From Dehalococcoidia bacterium (GTDB taxonomy: Bacteria; Chloroflexota; Dehalococcoidia; Lucifugimonadales; UBA1127), in assembly GCA_965217675.1 (NCBI GenBank), contig OZ244559.1, positions 962,126 to 1,026,125 on the forward strand: a stretch of 64,000 bases of DNA, written 5' to 3'. The notes under the pieces were generated by a model. It had not been told where the DNA came from, did no database searches, and worked only from the letters and a program-made list of their open reading frames with translations. The translations under genes and the position numbers were made by a program. Positions 48,231-57,778 of the stretch are shown here, piece after piece (position 1 is the stretch's first letter; each line of letters begins with the position of its first letter).

Positions 48231-49363
48231 CCACCCGCCTCTCACCGACGTACACGCTGATTACCGACTACCAACAGTTCCTTGACCTCTGCAGTACCCT
48301 TGAGCGCTGCGACCGCATCGCCATCGACACTGAGGCGGACAGCATGCACCACTACCCGGAGCGGGTGTGCCTGGTGCAGGTGGCGACGCCGCAGTCGACG
48401 TACCTGCTGGACCCGCTGGCGCTTGTCGATCTCTCGCCATTGGGGCCTGTGATGACGAACCCCCGCGTCTTGAAGCTGCTCCACGGCGCCGACTACGATG
48501 TTCGCGGGCTCAACCGCGATTGGGGCTTGACCTTCACCAACCTGTTCGACACGCACATCGCGGCGCGGTTCTTGGGGCAGGAGCGCGTGGGTCTGGCTGC
48601 GCTGCTGCTGGACCTGCTGGGCATCGATATCCCCAAAGACCGCAGGATCCAACGGGCTGATTGGTCCAAGCGTCCGCTGAACGACCGGGCGCTGGAATAC
48701 GCCGCAGCCGATGTCTGTTACCTCTTCGATCTGCACGATATCATGGCCGAGCGGCTGCAGGAACTGGGGCGGATGGAGTGGGTGCGGGAGGAATGCGAGC
48801 GGCAATGCGAGGTGCGCCATACCCCGCAGGACCTGCGCGATACCGTGCTGGCGCTGCCGGAGTCACGCAAGCTGGACAGCCGACAGCGGGCAGTGCTGCT
48901 GGCGCTCTACCGGTACCGGGAGCAGCAGGCGCGCCGGCTTGACCACCCGCCGTCGTACGTGCTGCCACCGACGGCGCTGGCCGCTGTGGCCGCAGACCCG
49001 GAGGCCCCACTGGAGACGCACACGGAGCTAAACCCAAAGCTTGCGATGCGGTTCGGAAGGGATATTCGGGCGGTCGTGAAGGAGGGGCTGAGCGGTCCGC
49101 CGCTAGAGCACCCCGCGCCGACGCTGCCGCCGCGGGCCAGGCCGAATCGGGCCCAGACCCGGCGACTGGCCTCGCTGAAGGCGTGGCGCAACGTAGAGGC
49201 GAATGCGATGGACTTTCACGTATCGCTGGTATGGCCGATACGCAGCCTTGAGAGATTGGCCCGCGAGCCGGAGTCGTTCTCGGAGGAGCTGCGATCGTCG
49301 GAGGTGCGGGAGTGGCAACGCGAGCGCTTCCAGGCGTCGCTCAAGCGGGCCTTAGGCGCCTAG
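48227..49363 (+). CDS. rnd: Ribonuclease D family 3'-5' exonuclease with HRDC domain
   Basis: IAIDTEADS, CLVQVA, LHGADYD, LFDTHIAA, DWSKRPL, YAAADV; GTG overlaps MFS stop. Confidence 0.85.
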   Translation: MTTRLSPTYTLITDYQQFLDLCSTLERCDRIAIDTEADSMHHYPERVCLVQVATPQSTYLLDPLALVDLSPLGPVMTNPRVLKLLHGADYDVRGLNRDWGLTFTNLFDTHIAARFLGQERVGLAALLLDLLGIDIPKDRRIQRADWSKRPLNDRALEYAAADVCYLFDLHDIMAERLQELGRMEWVREECERQCEVRHTPQDLRDTVLALPESRKLDSRQRAVLLALYRYREQQARRLDHPPSYVLPPTALAAVAADPEAPLETHTELNPKLAMRFGRDIRAVVKEGLSGPPLEHPAPTLPPRARPNRAQTRRLASLKAWRNVEANAMDFHVSLVWPIRSLERLAREPESFSEELRSSEVREWQRERFQASLKRALGA

Positions 49364-50304
49364 ATGCTTGCGGCCTTGGGGGCCAACTCCTCGCCCAGGT
49401 ACGCGATGAACTCATCGTCCGAGAAATTCATGTGCTGGAACATGACCTCGCCCACGCCGAGCTCCGCCAGCTGACCCAGCCGGTCGATCGCCTCCTCCGT
49501 GCCGCCCACAATCATGCCCCGCTCGCGAGCAGCGGACATGATGTCGTCGATTGACGTGGAGCGGACGTTCCGCATGAAGCCGCGGTAGCCTTCGGCGGCC
49601 GCCTCCGGGTTCGGCCCAACGACGCCGAAGGTCATCATGGAGCGCTTCAGCGTCGACGGATCGCGCCCAACGGCGTCGCAATGGGCCTGCAGCACCTCGA
49701 CCTTGTGAGTGTAGGCCTCCGGGGACATGCTCAGGCAGTTCCACTCGTCGGCGTACTGTGCCGCGAATCGCATGGTGCGCCGCTCGCCGCCGCCGCCGAT
49801 GAGCAGCGTCGGACGGCCCTCCGGCGGCTTGGGCAGGCAGTCGGCGTCCTTGAGGGTGTAGAAGCGGCCCTCGTAGCTGACGGGGCCGGGGCCCCACAGC
49901 CCGCGCATGACGTGAATGGCCTCCTCGAGGCGGCTGAGGCGTTCGCCGACGGGCGGGAAGGGCACGCCGTACGCCACGTGCTCCGACTCGTTCCACCCGC
50001 CGCCGAGCCCCATGACAAAGCGGCCGTTGCTGAGCTGGTCGAGCTGCGCGGCCATGCGGCCAACGTTGGCCGGCGGTCGGAAGGTCACCGGCGTCACCAG
50101 CGGCCCGAAGCGGATGCGCTCAGTCTGCAACGCGGCCATGGTGAAGGACAGGTACGGCTCCAGCGAGTCCTGCTGGGTGCCGATGAAGAAGTGGTCCGAG
50201 CGAAAGACACCGGACAACCCCGCCTCCTCAGATCTCCGCAGGATGTTGCTCCACTTGTCCCAGGTGAGGCCGTTCTGTCCTTCCACCATCAGGCTGATGT
50301 CCAT
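49360..50304 (-). CDS. LLM class (luciferase-like, probably F420-dependent) oxidoreductase
   Basis: FRSDHF, RIRFGPLVTPVTFRPP, LDQLSNGRF.MGLGGGWNE.EH, LLIGGGGERRT. Confidence 0.9.
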   Translation of the reverse strand: MDISLMVEGQNGLTWDKWSNILRRSEEAGLSGVFRSDHFFIGTQQDSLEPYLSFTMAALQTERIRFGPLVTPVTFRPPANVGRMAAQLDQLSNGRFVMGLGGGWNESEHVAYGVPFPPVGERLSRLEEAIHVMRGLWGPGPVSYEGRFYTLKDADCLPKPPEGRPTLLIGGGGERRTMRFAAQYADEWNCLSMSPEAYTHKVEVLQAHCDAVGRDPSTLKRSMMTFGVVGPNPEAAAEGYRGFMRNVRSTSIDDIMSAARERGMIVGGTEEAIDRLGQLAELGVGEVMFQHMNFSDDEFIAYLGEELAPKAASI

Positions 50305-50395
50305 GGGCGCTCCTTGTTCCAGGTAAGAGTTGCCGGCTGGGTGTCACCGCTCGTTAAGATTATTGCACACATGCCTGTGGGCGCGTTTGCTTGCA

Positions 50396-51187
50396 CTACC
50401 TATTCACGCCGGACGCCGTGGTCGTAAAAGCGGAGGTCCAGCATGGGTAAAAGCCCGCCGACTGCGCCGTACGGAGTGAGGCGATGTTGTCAGCGGCGGC
50501 GCCGTAGTACGGGACACGTCCCCTTCGGAGGACCTCACCCGCTACTTGGGAGGTAAGCGCTCTGCCCAGGCCCCGGCCCCGGTGCTCGCGCTGCACGTCT
50601 ATCCCAATTTGCTGGAGCGCATCCGAGTCTTCAGTAGCGGTGGCCACGCCCACTACTGCACCATTGCGAATGGCTATCGCCGCGACGGCCACGTTCTGCC
50701 CTTGGGTTAACGCCCTCGGTGATATCGCGTTTGGCCAGTCAGCGGGGTCCAGTGAACGCAGCAGCGCGGCGTCACCCAGCTCGATCACGTATTCAGCGGA
50801 CGTTGCGTGCACCCTCAGGTCCTGACTGGAGACCACACTGTAAAGCAAAGGCCCGTTCAGTCGGTAGGAATCATGGGCTACCTGCTTCGATGCCTTGCTG
50901 AGAATGTCGAGGAAAAGGGCCTCGCTGGGCCGCACGTCCCGAAACAGCTCTGTAACCCACGGCATCCACTTTGTCGTGGCCGCCACGACTACCCCAACGC
51001 CCATAGTGGCGATCGCGAGGCTGTGTTCGCGTTGTGGGAAATGCCTCCGCAGCGGATTGACGGCAGCGGAAGACGCTAGCTCGACAAGATGCAGGCCCTC
51101 GACCAGGAAGTCGCTGGGGTGGCAACCGGCCTCCGCTGCCAGCACGGCAGCAACCACCTCGCTAGCGTATGCTCTGGATATAGTCAA
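50396..51187 (-). CDS. GNAT family N-acetyltransferase
   Basis: QIGIDVQREHRGRGLGRAL, YGAAADNIASLRTAQSAGF. Confidence 0.8.
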   Translation of the reverse strand: MTISRAYASEVVAAVLAAEAGCHPSDFLVEGLHLVELASSAAVNPLRRHFPQREHSLAIATMGVGVVVAATTKWMPWVTELFRDVRPSEALFLDILSKASKQVAHDSYRLNGPLLYSVVSSQDLRVHATSAEYVIELGDAALLRSLDPADWPNAISPRALTQGQNVAVAAIAIRNGAVVGVATATEDSDALQQIGIDVQREHRGRGLGRALTSQVAGEVLRRGRVPYYGAAADNIASLRTAQSAGFYPCWTSAFTTTASGVNR

Positions 51188-51230
51188 AGAAGCACCCGCG
51201 CCTCTTCACGGACTTGCCGTTTAGGATTGT

Positions 51231-51257
51231 GCCCTTCGACAGGCTCAGGGCGAACGG
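51231..51257 (-). repeat. CGTTCGCCCTGAG-type dispersed palindromic repeat
   Basis: gcccttcgacaggctcagggcgaacgg. Confidence 0.75.
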
Positions 51258-51293
51258 GCAGGAGAGGGGCCCACGCGAACGGGAGAAAGAGGG

Positions 51294-51368
51294 TGGAGCC
51301 ACCGGTCGGAATCGAACCGACGGCCTGTTGTTTACGAAACAACTGCTCTGCCTCTGAGCTACGGTGGC
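51294..51368 (-). tRNA. tRNA-Thr(CGT)
   Basis: Reverse complement: GCCACCG acceptor, GTTGT-TT CGT AA-ACAAC, GTCGG-TTCGATT-CCGAC, TCCA end. Confidence 0.93.
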
Positions 51369-51381
51369 CTTGGGTCAACGG

Positions 51382-52281
51382 CTAGGAATCCGTGGGCAGG
51401 TCAACCTCGTACTGCTGCATGAGGTTGTCGAGCCATGCTCCCGTGGAGGAGTCAGGGGTGACCAGCGGCAGGCGCGGCTCGCCCACATTGAAACCAACCT
51501 TGTTTACAGCGTACTTCACAGGAATGGGGTTTGCCAGCACAAAGAGACCTTGGAACAACGGCAGCAGGCGTCGGTGCTCCGCCGCTGCACGCTCCAGGTC
51601 GCCCTCCAGCGTCAAGCCCATCATCGCCTTGATCTGGCTGCCGACGAGGTGGGAGGCGACGCTGATTATGCCGTAGCCGCCCATCGCCATCATGGGATAC
51701 GTCTGGTCGTCGTTGCCGGACCAGACGAGGAAGCCGGGTCGCGCGTCGCGAATGATGTGCGCGGCCTGCCCCAGGTCACCGCCGGCCTCTTTGATGCCGA
51801 CGATGTTGGGGATCTCGCTCAGGCGGATTACCGTGTCCGCCGACATGTTGATGGCGGTGCGGCTCGTCACGTTGTAGAGGATGACCGGCAGGTCGGTGCT
51901 CTCCGCGATGGCCTTGAAGTGCCGGTACAGCCCCTCCTGCGGCGGCTTGTTGTAGTAGGGAACAACGGACAGGACGGCGTCGGCCCCGACCTTCGTGGCG
52001 TCCTCGGTGTACTTGACGGCCTCCGCGGTGCTGTTGCTGCCCGTGCCGGCCACCACGTCGCCCACGCCGTCGAGGGCTTCCCTGATCTCGGCGAAGAGGC
52101 GGGTCTGCTCGTCGGGCGTCAGGGTGGGCGACTCGCCGGTGGTGCCCGCGACGACGACGCCGTCGCTGCCGGACGCGACAAGGGCGAGGGCGAGCTTGCG
52201 GGCCTGCGCGTAGTCCACGCGGCCTTCGGAGTCGAAGGGGGTCACCATGGCGGTCAAGAGTCTGCCGATTTGCGCGGCCAT
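51382..52281 (-). CDS. dapA: 4-hydroxy-tetrahydrodipicolinate synthase
   Basis: TAMVTPF, GTTGESPTL, VPYYNKPPQEG, ILYNV, IVGIKEA, NPIPVK. Confidence 0.96.
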   Translation of the reverse strand: MAAQIGRLLTAMVTPFDSEGRVDYAQARKLALALVASGSDGVVVAGTTGESPTLTPDEQTRLFAEIREALDGVGDVVAGTGSNSTAEAVKYTEDATKVGADAVLSVVPYYNKPPQEGLYRHFKAIAESTDLPVILYNVTSRTAINMSADTVIRLSEIPNIVGIKEAGGDLGQAAHIIRDARPGFLVWSGNDDQTYPMMAMGGYGIISVASHLVGSQIKAMMGLTLEGDLERAAAEHRRLLPLFQGLFVLANPIPVKYAVNKVGFNVGEPRLPLVTPDSSTGAWLDNLMQQYEVDLPTDS

Positions 52282-52284
52282 ACG

Positions 52285-53319
52285 CTACCTCCCGTTGCCG
52301 TTGGAGCCGGCGAGCCTCCGTTCAAGCAGTTCTTCCGCTATCTGCACGGCGTTCAGGGCGGCGCCCTTCCGCAGGTTGTCGCCCACGGTCCAGAGGGTGA
52401 GGCCGTTGGTCAGCGCCTTGTCCGGGCGGATGCGACCGACAAAGACCTCGTCCTTGCCCGCCGCGAATCCGGCAAGCGGGTAGCTCTTGGCGGCAACGTC
52501 GTCGACGACACGGACGCCGGGGAACTCGGAGAGGATATCGCGCGCCTCTTCTGGTGACATAACGCGCTCAAACTCCACGTGGACGGCCTCGCTGTGGGAG
52601 ACGGGGACGGGCACGCGAACGCACGTCGCGGAGACGGGCAGGTCCGGAAGGTGCATGATCTTCCGGGTCTCGTTCTCCATCTTGGTCTCTTCCGTCGTGT
52701 AGCCGTCGTCCGTGAACTCCTCTACGTGGGGAAGCACGTTGAACGCCAGCGGGTACGGGAAGGTGACGGCGTTGGTCGACTTATTGTCGAGCAGGTCGTG
52801 CGTCTGCTGGAACAGCTCCGTGATGCCCTTGCCGCCCGCGCCCGACGCCGACTGGTACGTGTCGACGATGACCCGCTGGATAGGATTGGCCCGGTGCAGC
52901 GGCGCCAGCGCCATGAGCATGACGATGGTGGAGCAATTGGGGCTGGAGATGATGCCGTGGTGCGCTTCAAGGTCGTCCGGGTTGATCTCCGGGATGACCA
53001 GCGGCACCGCAGGGTCCATCCGCCACGCCGACGACTTGTCGACGACGACTGCCCCGCGCCTCGCGGCTTCTGGCGCGAGCTGCTTGCTCGTCCCGCCGCC
53101 CGCCGCGAAGAAGACGATGTCCGTACCCTCGAAAGCGTCCGGCGAGGCCTCCTCGACCACCAACTCATCGCCCATGAAGGGCAGCTTGGTCCCAGCGGAG
53201 CGGCTGCTGGCCAGCAGCTTGGCGCGTCCGACGGGGAACCCGCGCTCTTCCAGGATGCTCAAGACTACCCGCCCCACGGCGCCAGTGGCCCCAACGACGG
53301 CGATGTTAGCTCCGGTCAT
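52285..53319 (-). CDS. asd: Aspartate-semialdehyde dehydrogenase
   Basis: VVGATGAVG, SSPNCSTI, TYQSASGAG, ATCVRVPV..SHSE, DNLRKGAALNAVQI. Confidence 0.96.
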   Translation of the reverse strand: MTGANIAVVGATGAVGRVVLSILEERGFPVGRAKLLASSRSAGTKLPFMGDELVVEEASPDAFEGTDIVFFAAGGGTSKQLAPEAARRGAVVVDKSSAWRMDPAVPLVIPEINPDDLEAHHGIISSPNCSTIVMLMALAPLHRANPIQRVIVDTYQSASGAGGKGITELFQQTHDLLDNKSTNAVTFPYPLAFNVLPHVEEFTDDGYTTEETKMENETRKIMHLPDLPVSATCVRVPVPVSHSEAVHVEFERVMSPEEARDILSEFPGVRVVDDVAAKSYPLAGFAAGKDEVFVGRIRPDKALTNGLTLWTVGDNLRKGAALNAVQIAEELLERRLAGSNGNGR

Positions 53320-53373
53320 GTGTGTATGTTCCTTTGCGATGTGGGTGCTGGAGCAGCGCTGGGGAGTGCGAGT

Positions 53374-54171
53374 CTACAGGTTGAGAAGCTTCTCCAGCCC
53401 TACTACGAGACCCCTGTATTGTACCACCTGCCGAATGGCGGTGAGAACGCCCGGCATGTAGCACTCGCGGCCTATGGTGTCGTGGCGAAGGGTGAGGGTC
53501 TGCCCCAGCGTGCCTAGGACGACCTCATGGTGGGCCAGGCGGCCCGGCATGCGTTGCGCATGAATCGACACGCCGTCGACCTCCGCGCCGCGGCTGCCCG
53601 GTGCGGGCTCCCGCTGCGGCATCTGCCGCGTGAAGGGCTCCGCTCGGCCTGCGACCAGCGCGCTGGCGATGGCCAGGGCGGTGCCGGACGGGGCGTCCAC
53701 CTTGGCGTCGTGGTGCGCCTCCACGATCTCTGCGACCTCGAAGAAGCGGCCCAGCATATGCGCAAGCTGTACCAGCAGGACCGCGCCAATCGCGAAGTTG
53801 GGCGCGACCACCACGCCAACGCCGTTGTCTCTGGCGAGAACGTCGATGGTCTGTAGTTCGGCGTCCGGGATGCCCGTGGTGCCGGCGACCCCGTGAACAC
53901 CGCGCTCGGCTGCCGCTCGTAGGGCGGCGGGGGACGCGTCGGCAATGGAAAAGTCCACCATCACGTCGGGAGTGCAGGCCTCGATGGCCGTTCCCACGTC
54001 CGTGAAGAAGGGAAAGTCAGCGGCAAGCTCCGAGGACGCGCGTACGTCGACTCCGCCCACAGCGAGCATGTTGGGAGCGGAGCGCACCGCCGCCAGCACC
54101 TCGCCGCCCATGCGGCCGGAGACGCCGTGTATGAGCACTCGGAGCTGACTGCCGCTTGACTCTGTAGTCAT
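53374..54171 (-). CDS. dapB: 4-hydroxy-tetrahydrodipicolinate reductase
   Basis: GVSGRMG, VDFS, GTTG, APNFAIG, EAHHDAKVDAPSGTA. Confidence 0.95.
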   Translation of the reverse strand: MTTESSGSQLRVLIHGVSGRMGGEVLAAVRSAPNMLAVGGVDVRASSELAADFPFFTDVGTAIEACTPDVMVDFSIADASPAALRAAAERGVHGVAGTTGIPDAELQTIDVLARDNGVGVVVAPNFAIGAVLLVQLAHMLGRFFEVAEIVEAHHDAKVDAPSGTALAIASALVAGRAEPFTRQMPQREPAPGSRGAEVDGVSIHAQRMPGRLAHHEVVLGTLGQTLTLRHDTIGRECYMPGVLTAIRQVVQYRGLVVGLEKLLNL

Positions 54172-54186
54172 GGCTGCCTACCTACC

Positions 54187-56415
54187 TCAGTCGCGATTGA
54201 AACGCGGCGGCGGGCCGCTGCGAGGTGGGCCGCCACGCCGGAAGTCCGGCCGACGGTCCCTGTCGAAGCCCGGGCGTCCACCACCACCGCCGCCGTTGGA
54301 CGGCGGCGCCGACGCCAGGGCGGCCTCAGGCGTGAGGCCCTGCAGCACGGCGCGGCGAGAGAGGTTGATGCGGCCCAGCCGGTCAACCTCGATAACCATG
54401 ACCTGCACTGAGTCGCCGATGTTCACGGCGTCCTCGACGCGGGCCACCGGCTCCTCGGCCAGTTCGCCCAAGCGCACGAGGCCGTCCTTGCCGGGAAGAA
54501 TCTCCACGAATGCGCCAAAGTTGGTGCTGCGGACCACCTTGCCGTTGAAGATGGAGCCGATTTCAGCTTCCTTGGTGAGGCCCTCCACCTTGCTGCGGGC
54601 CAGCTCCAGCGACTCCTCGTTGGGGGAGCCGATGAACACCGTGCCGTCGTCCTGCACGTCGATAGTCGCCTTGGTCTCGGCGATGATTGCGCGGATGGTC
54701 TTGCCGCCTGGCCCAATGACCGCGCCAATCTTGTCGACGGGGATGGAGATCTTGATCATTCTCGGCGCGAAGGGGCTCATGTAGCCGCGCGGCGCCGGAA
54801 TGGTCTGCATGATCTTGTCCAGGATGAAGAGGCGGGCGTCCTTTGCCTGCGCTAGCGCCTCGCGCATGATCGCGGGAGTGATGCCCTTCACCTTGATGTC
54901 CATCTGCAGGGCGGTGATGCCCTCGGAGGTGCCCGCCACCTTGAAGTCCATGTCGCCCAGGTGGTCTTCCAGGCCCTGGATGTCGGTCAGAACGGCGTAG
55001 TCGCCGTCCTCACCCATGATGAGGCCCATGGCCACGCCGGCCACGGGCGCCTTGATGGGCACGCCGGCGTCCATGAGGCTCATGGTGCTGCCGCACACGC
55101 TGCCCATGGAGGTGCTGCCGTTGGAGCTGAGCGCCTCAGACACCACGCGGATGGTGTACGGGAAATCATCCTTGTCCGGAATCATCGGTTCCAAGGCACG
55201 CTCCGCCAGTGCGCCGTGGCCGATCTCCCGGCGGCCGGGGGTCCCGACGCGCCGGACTTCGCCGACGGAGTAGGGCGGGAAGTTGTAGTGATGCAGATAG
55301 CGCTTGGAGTCGATGGGGCTGAGGGTGTCCAGGCGCTGCTCGTCGCTGAGGGATCCCAGAGTGACCACGCTGAGGATCTGGGTCTGGCCCCGGGTGAACA
55401 GGCCGGTTCCGTGGGTCCGGGGCAGCACGCCGACCTCGCAGGTAATGGGGCGCACCTCCGTGCGCTTTCGGCCGTCTGCGCGGACGTCCTCCTTCAGGAC
55501 GCCGTGCCGGAAGACCTGGTTGACCACGTTGTCAAAAGCGCCCGCCACCTGGGAAGCCGGAACGTTCTCGGCCAAAGTTGCGGCCACTTCGCCTTCGATG
55601 ATGCCTAGCTCGCGGTCGCGCTCGCCCTTCTCACGGCCCGCGAATACTGCCGACTTGATGCGGCCGCGGACCTCGTCGGTGATGGCGTCGAAGGCCGCGG
55701 GTTCCGGCGCGGGCGGCGGCGTGACAGTGACCTTGGGCTTGCCGGCCAGCCTGACCAGCTCCTCTATGGCGGCAATGACCTTGGCGTTGGCGCGCTGGGC
55801 CTCGTCCAAGGCGTCCAGCACCAGGGACTCGGACACGACCTTGGCGCCTGCTTCGACCATGACCACGGCGTCCTTGCTGCCGGCCACCACGAGTTCCATG
55901 GTGCCGCGTGCAATCTGCTCATAGGTGGGGTTGACCACCAGCTGGCCGTCGACGTAACCGACGCGGCAACCGGAGATGGGCCCATCAAAGGGGATGGAGG
56001 AGATTGACAGGGCCGCGGACGCTCCCACGATGGAGAGGATGTCCGGGGGGTTCTCTTGGTCGGCGGAAAGCACGGTGGCCACCAACTGGACCTCATTGCG
56101 GAAGCCCTTGGGGAAGAGGGGCCGGATGGGGCGGTCGGTCAGGCGGGCGGCAAGGATGCCGTCGGTGCCTGGGCGCCCTTCCCTGCGGAAGAAGCTGCCG
56201 GGGATCCTGCCTACGGCGTAGTGCCGCTCCTCGTAGTCCACGGACAGGGGGAAGAAGTCGATCCCCTCGCGGGCGTTGGGACTCATGCAGGCGGTGACGA
56301 GGACAACGGAGTCGCCAAGGCGAAGGGTAACGGAGCCGTCGGCCTGCCCGGCTACCCAGCCGGACTCGATGGTAAGCGTTTTGCCGCCAATTTCACATTG
56401 AACGGATTGGCGCAT
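54187..56415 (-). CDS. pnp: Polyribonucleotide nucleotidyltransferase
   Basis: FFPLSVDY, RLTDRPIRPLFP, FTRGQTQ, HYNFPPYSVGE, SNGSTSMGSVC, GDMDFKVAG; KH and S1 domains. Confidence 0.97.
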   Translation of the reverse strand: MRQSVQCEIGGKTLTIESGWVAGQADGSVTLRLGDSVVLVTACMSPNAREGIDFFPLSVDYEERHYAVGRIPGSFFRREGRPGTDGILAARLTDRPIRPLFPKGFRNEVQLVATVLSADQENPPDILSIVGASAALSISSIPFDGPISGCRVGYVDGQLVVNPTYEQIARGTMELVVAGSKDAVVMVEAGAKVVSESLVLDALDEAQRANAKVIAAIEELVRLAGKPKVTVTPPPAPEPAAFDAITDEVRGRIKSAVFAGREKGERDRELGIIEGEVAATLAENVPASQVAGAFDNVVNQVFRHGVLKEDVRADGRKRTEVRPITCEVGVLPRTHGTGLFTRGQTQILSVVTLGSLSDEQRLDTLSPIDSKRYLHHYNFPPYSVGEVRRVGTPGRREIGHGALAERALEPMIPDKDDFPYTIRVVSEALSSNGSTSMGSVCGSTMSLMDAGVPIKAPVAGVAMGLIMGEDGDYAVLTDIQGLEDHLGDMDFKVAGTSEGITALQMDIKVKGITPAIMREALAQAKDARLFILDKIMQTIPAPRGYMSPFAPRMIKISIPVDKIGAVIGPGGKTIRAIIAETKATIDVQDDGTVFIGSPNEESLELARSKVEGLTKEAEIGSIFNGKVVRSTNFGAFVEILPGKDGLVRLGELAEEPVARVEDAVNIGDSVQVMVIEVDRLGRINLSRRAVLQGLTPEAALASAPPSNGGGGGGRPGFDRDRRPDFRRGGPPRSGPPPRFNRD

Positions 56416-56472
56416 GGGGAAACCTCCTCTAGTCGTTGTGTGAGGAGGAAGGGGCCGTCCGCGTGAAGGTGG

Positions 56473-56736
56473 TTACCTGCGGAGACCGAGGTTGGTCAAA
56501 AGAGCGCGATATCGCGTGGGCGCGGTGCTGCCGATGTAGTTCAGCAGGCGCCGGCGTTGCCCAACAAGCTTCAACAGACCACGCCGGGTATGGTGGTCCT
56601 TTTTGTGGACTTGGAGGTGGCGGTTCAACTCATTGATGCGTCCGGTGAGGACCGCAATCTGGACGTCGGCTGAACCGGTATCCGTCGCGTGGGTCTTGAA
56701 GTTGCTGATGATGGCTTGCTTTTGCTCGATGTCCAC
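56473..56736 (-). CDS. rpsO: 30S ribosomal protein S15
   Basis: [40 protein letters not shown]. Confidence 0.97.
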   Translation of the reverse strand: MDIEQKQAIISNFKTHATDTGSADVQIAVLTGRINELNRHLQVHKKDHHTRRGLLKLVGQRRRLLNYIGSTAPTRYRALLTNLGLRR

Positions 56737-56890
56737 GTTGCGTCGGGACCTATTCCTCTCTCATTCTGTCGCAGGGAGTATAGCATGCCCCTTTGCTTGT
56801 GGGAAGGGTCGGCCTGCAGGTGTTTCAGGGCGCGGGTCGCTGCTATCATTTGAGGGGTTCACACTACAACAGTCACGGAGGTACGCATCC

Positions 56891-57778
56891 ATGGCGGCGG
56901 AGATCATCAGCGGGACGGAGATAGCCAAGCAGGTGCGGGCGGAGGTTGCCGAGGGCGTGGCGGCCCTTACGGCGTCGACGGGCGCCGCACCGGGGCTCGC
57001 GGTGGTGTTGGTCGGCGACGACCCGGCATCTGCAGTCTACGTCCGCAACAAGGGCCGCGCCGCCGAAGAAGTCGGCATTTTCTCCGAGACCTACACGCTG
57101 CCGCAGGAGACGCCGCAGGACGTCGTCGTCGACCTGGTGCGTCGGCTGAACGCCGACGAGCGCTTTCACGGCATCCTGGTGCAGTTGCCGCTGCCGCCGC
57201 AGGTGAACGAAGAGGCAGTGCTCTACACAATCGACCCGGAGAAGGACGTCGACGGCCTGCACCCGTTCAATCTAGGCCGGTTGGCCGCCGGCAACCCCAC
57301 CTTTGTGCCGTGTACGCCCGCGGGGGTGCAGGAAATGCTCGTGCGCTCCGGCCATGACCCGGCGGGCAAGCACGTGGTCGTTTGCGGGCGCAGCAACATC
57401 GTCGGCAAGCCCGTGGCGATGCTGCTGCTCCAGAAGGCCGCAGGGGCCAACGCCACCGTAACCGTCTGCCATACGGGCACACGAGACCTCGGCGAGATCA
57501 CGCGGCAGGGCGACATCCTCATCGCGGCGGCGGGCCGTCCCGAGTTCATCACCGCGGACATGGTGAAGGAGGGTGTCGTGGTCATCGACGTGGGCATCAA
57601 CCGCGTTGACGACCCCTCGCGGGACCGGGGCTATCGCCTGACGGGCGACGTCGACTTTGGGCCGGTATCGGAGGTGGCCTCCGCCATCACGCCGGTGCCG
57701 GGTGGTGTCGGGCCGATGACCATCGCTATGCTGCTGAAGAACACACTGCAGTCTGCGCGTCGCGCCGCAGGGGGTTAG
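56891..57778 (+). CDS. folD: Methylenetetrahydrofolate dehydrogenase/cyclohydrolase
   Basis: [68 protein letters not shown]. Confidence 0.97.
   Translation: MAAEIISGTEIAKQVRAEVAEGVAALTASTGAAPGLAVVLVGDDPASAVYVRNKGRAAEEVGIFSETYTLPQETPQDVVVDLVRRLNADERFHGILVQLPLPPQVNEEAVLYTIDPEKDVDGLHPFNLGRLAAGNPTFVPCTPAGVQEMLVRSGHDPAGKHVVVCGRSNIVGKPVAMLLLQKAAGANATVTVCHTGTRDLGEITRQGDILIAAAGRPEFITADMVKEGVVVIDVGINRVDDPSRDRGYRLTGDVDFGPVSEVASAITPVPGGVGPMTIAMLLKNTLQSARRAAGG

Noticed and set aside
50396-51368. Possible integrative element at tRNA-Thr or at tRNA-Arg/Pro
   Set aside because: No duplicated tRNA 3' end (att site) and no integrase other than housekeeping XerD in the window.
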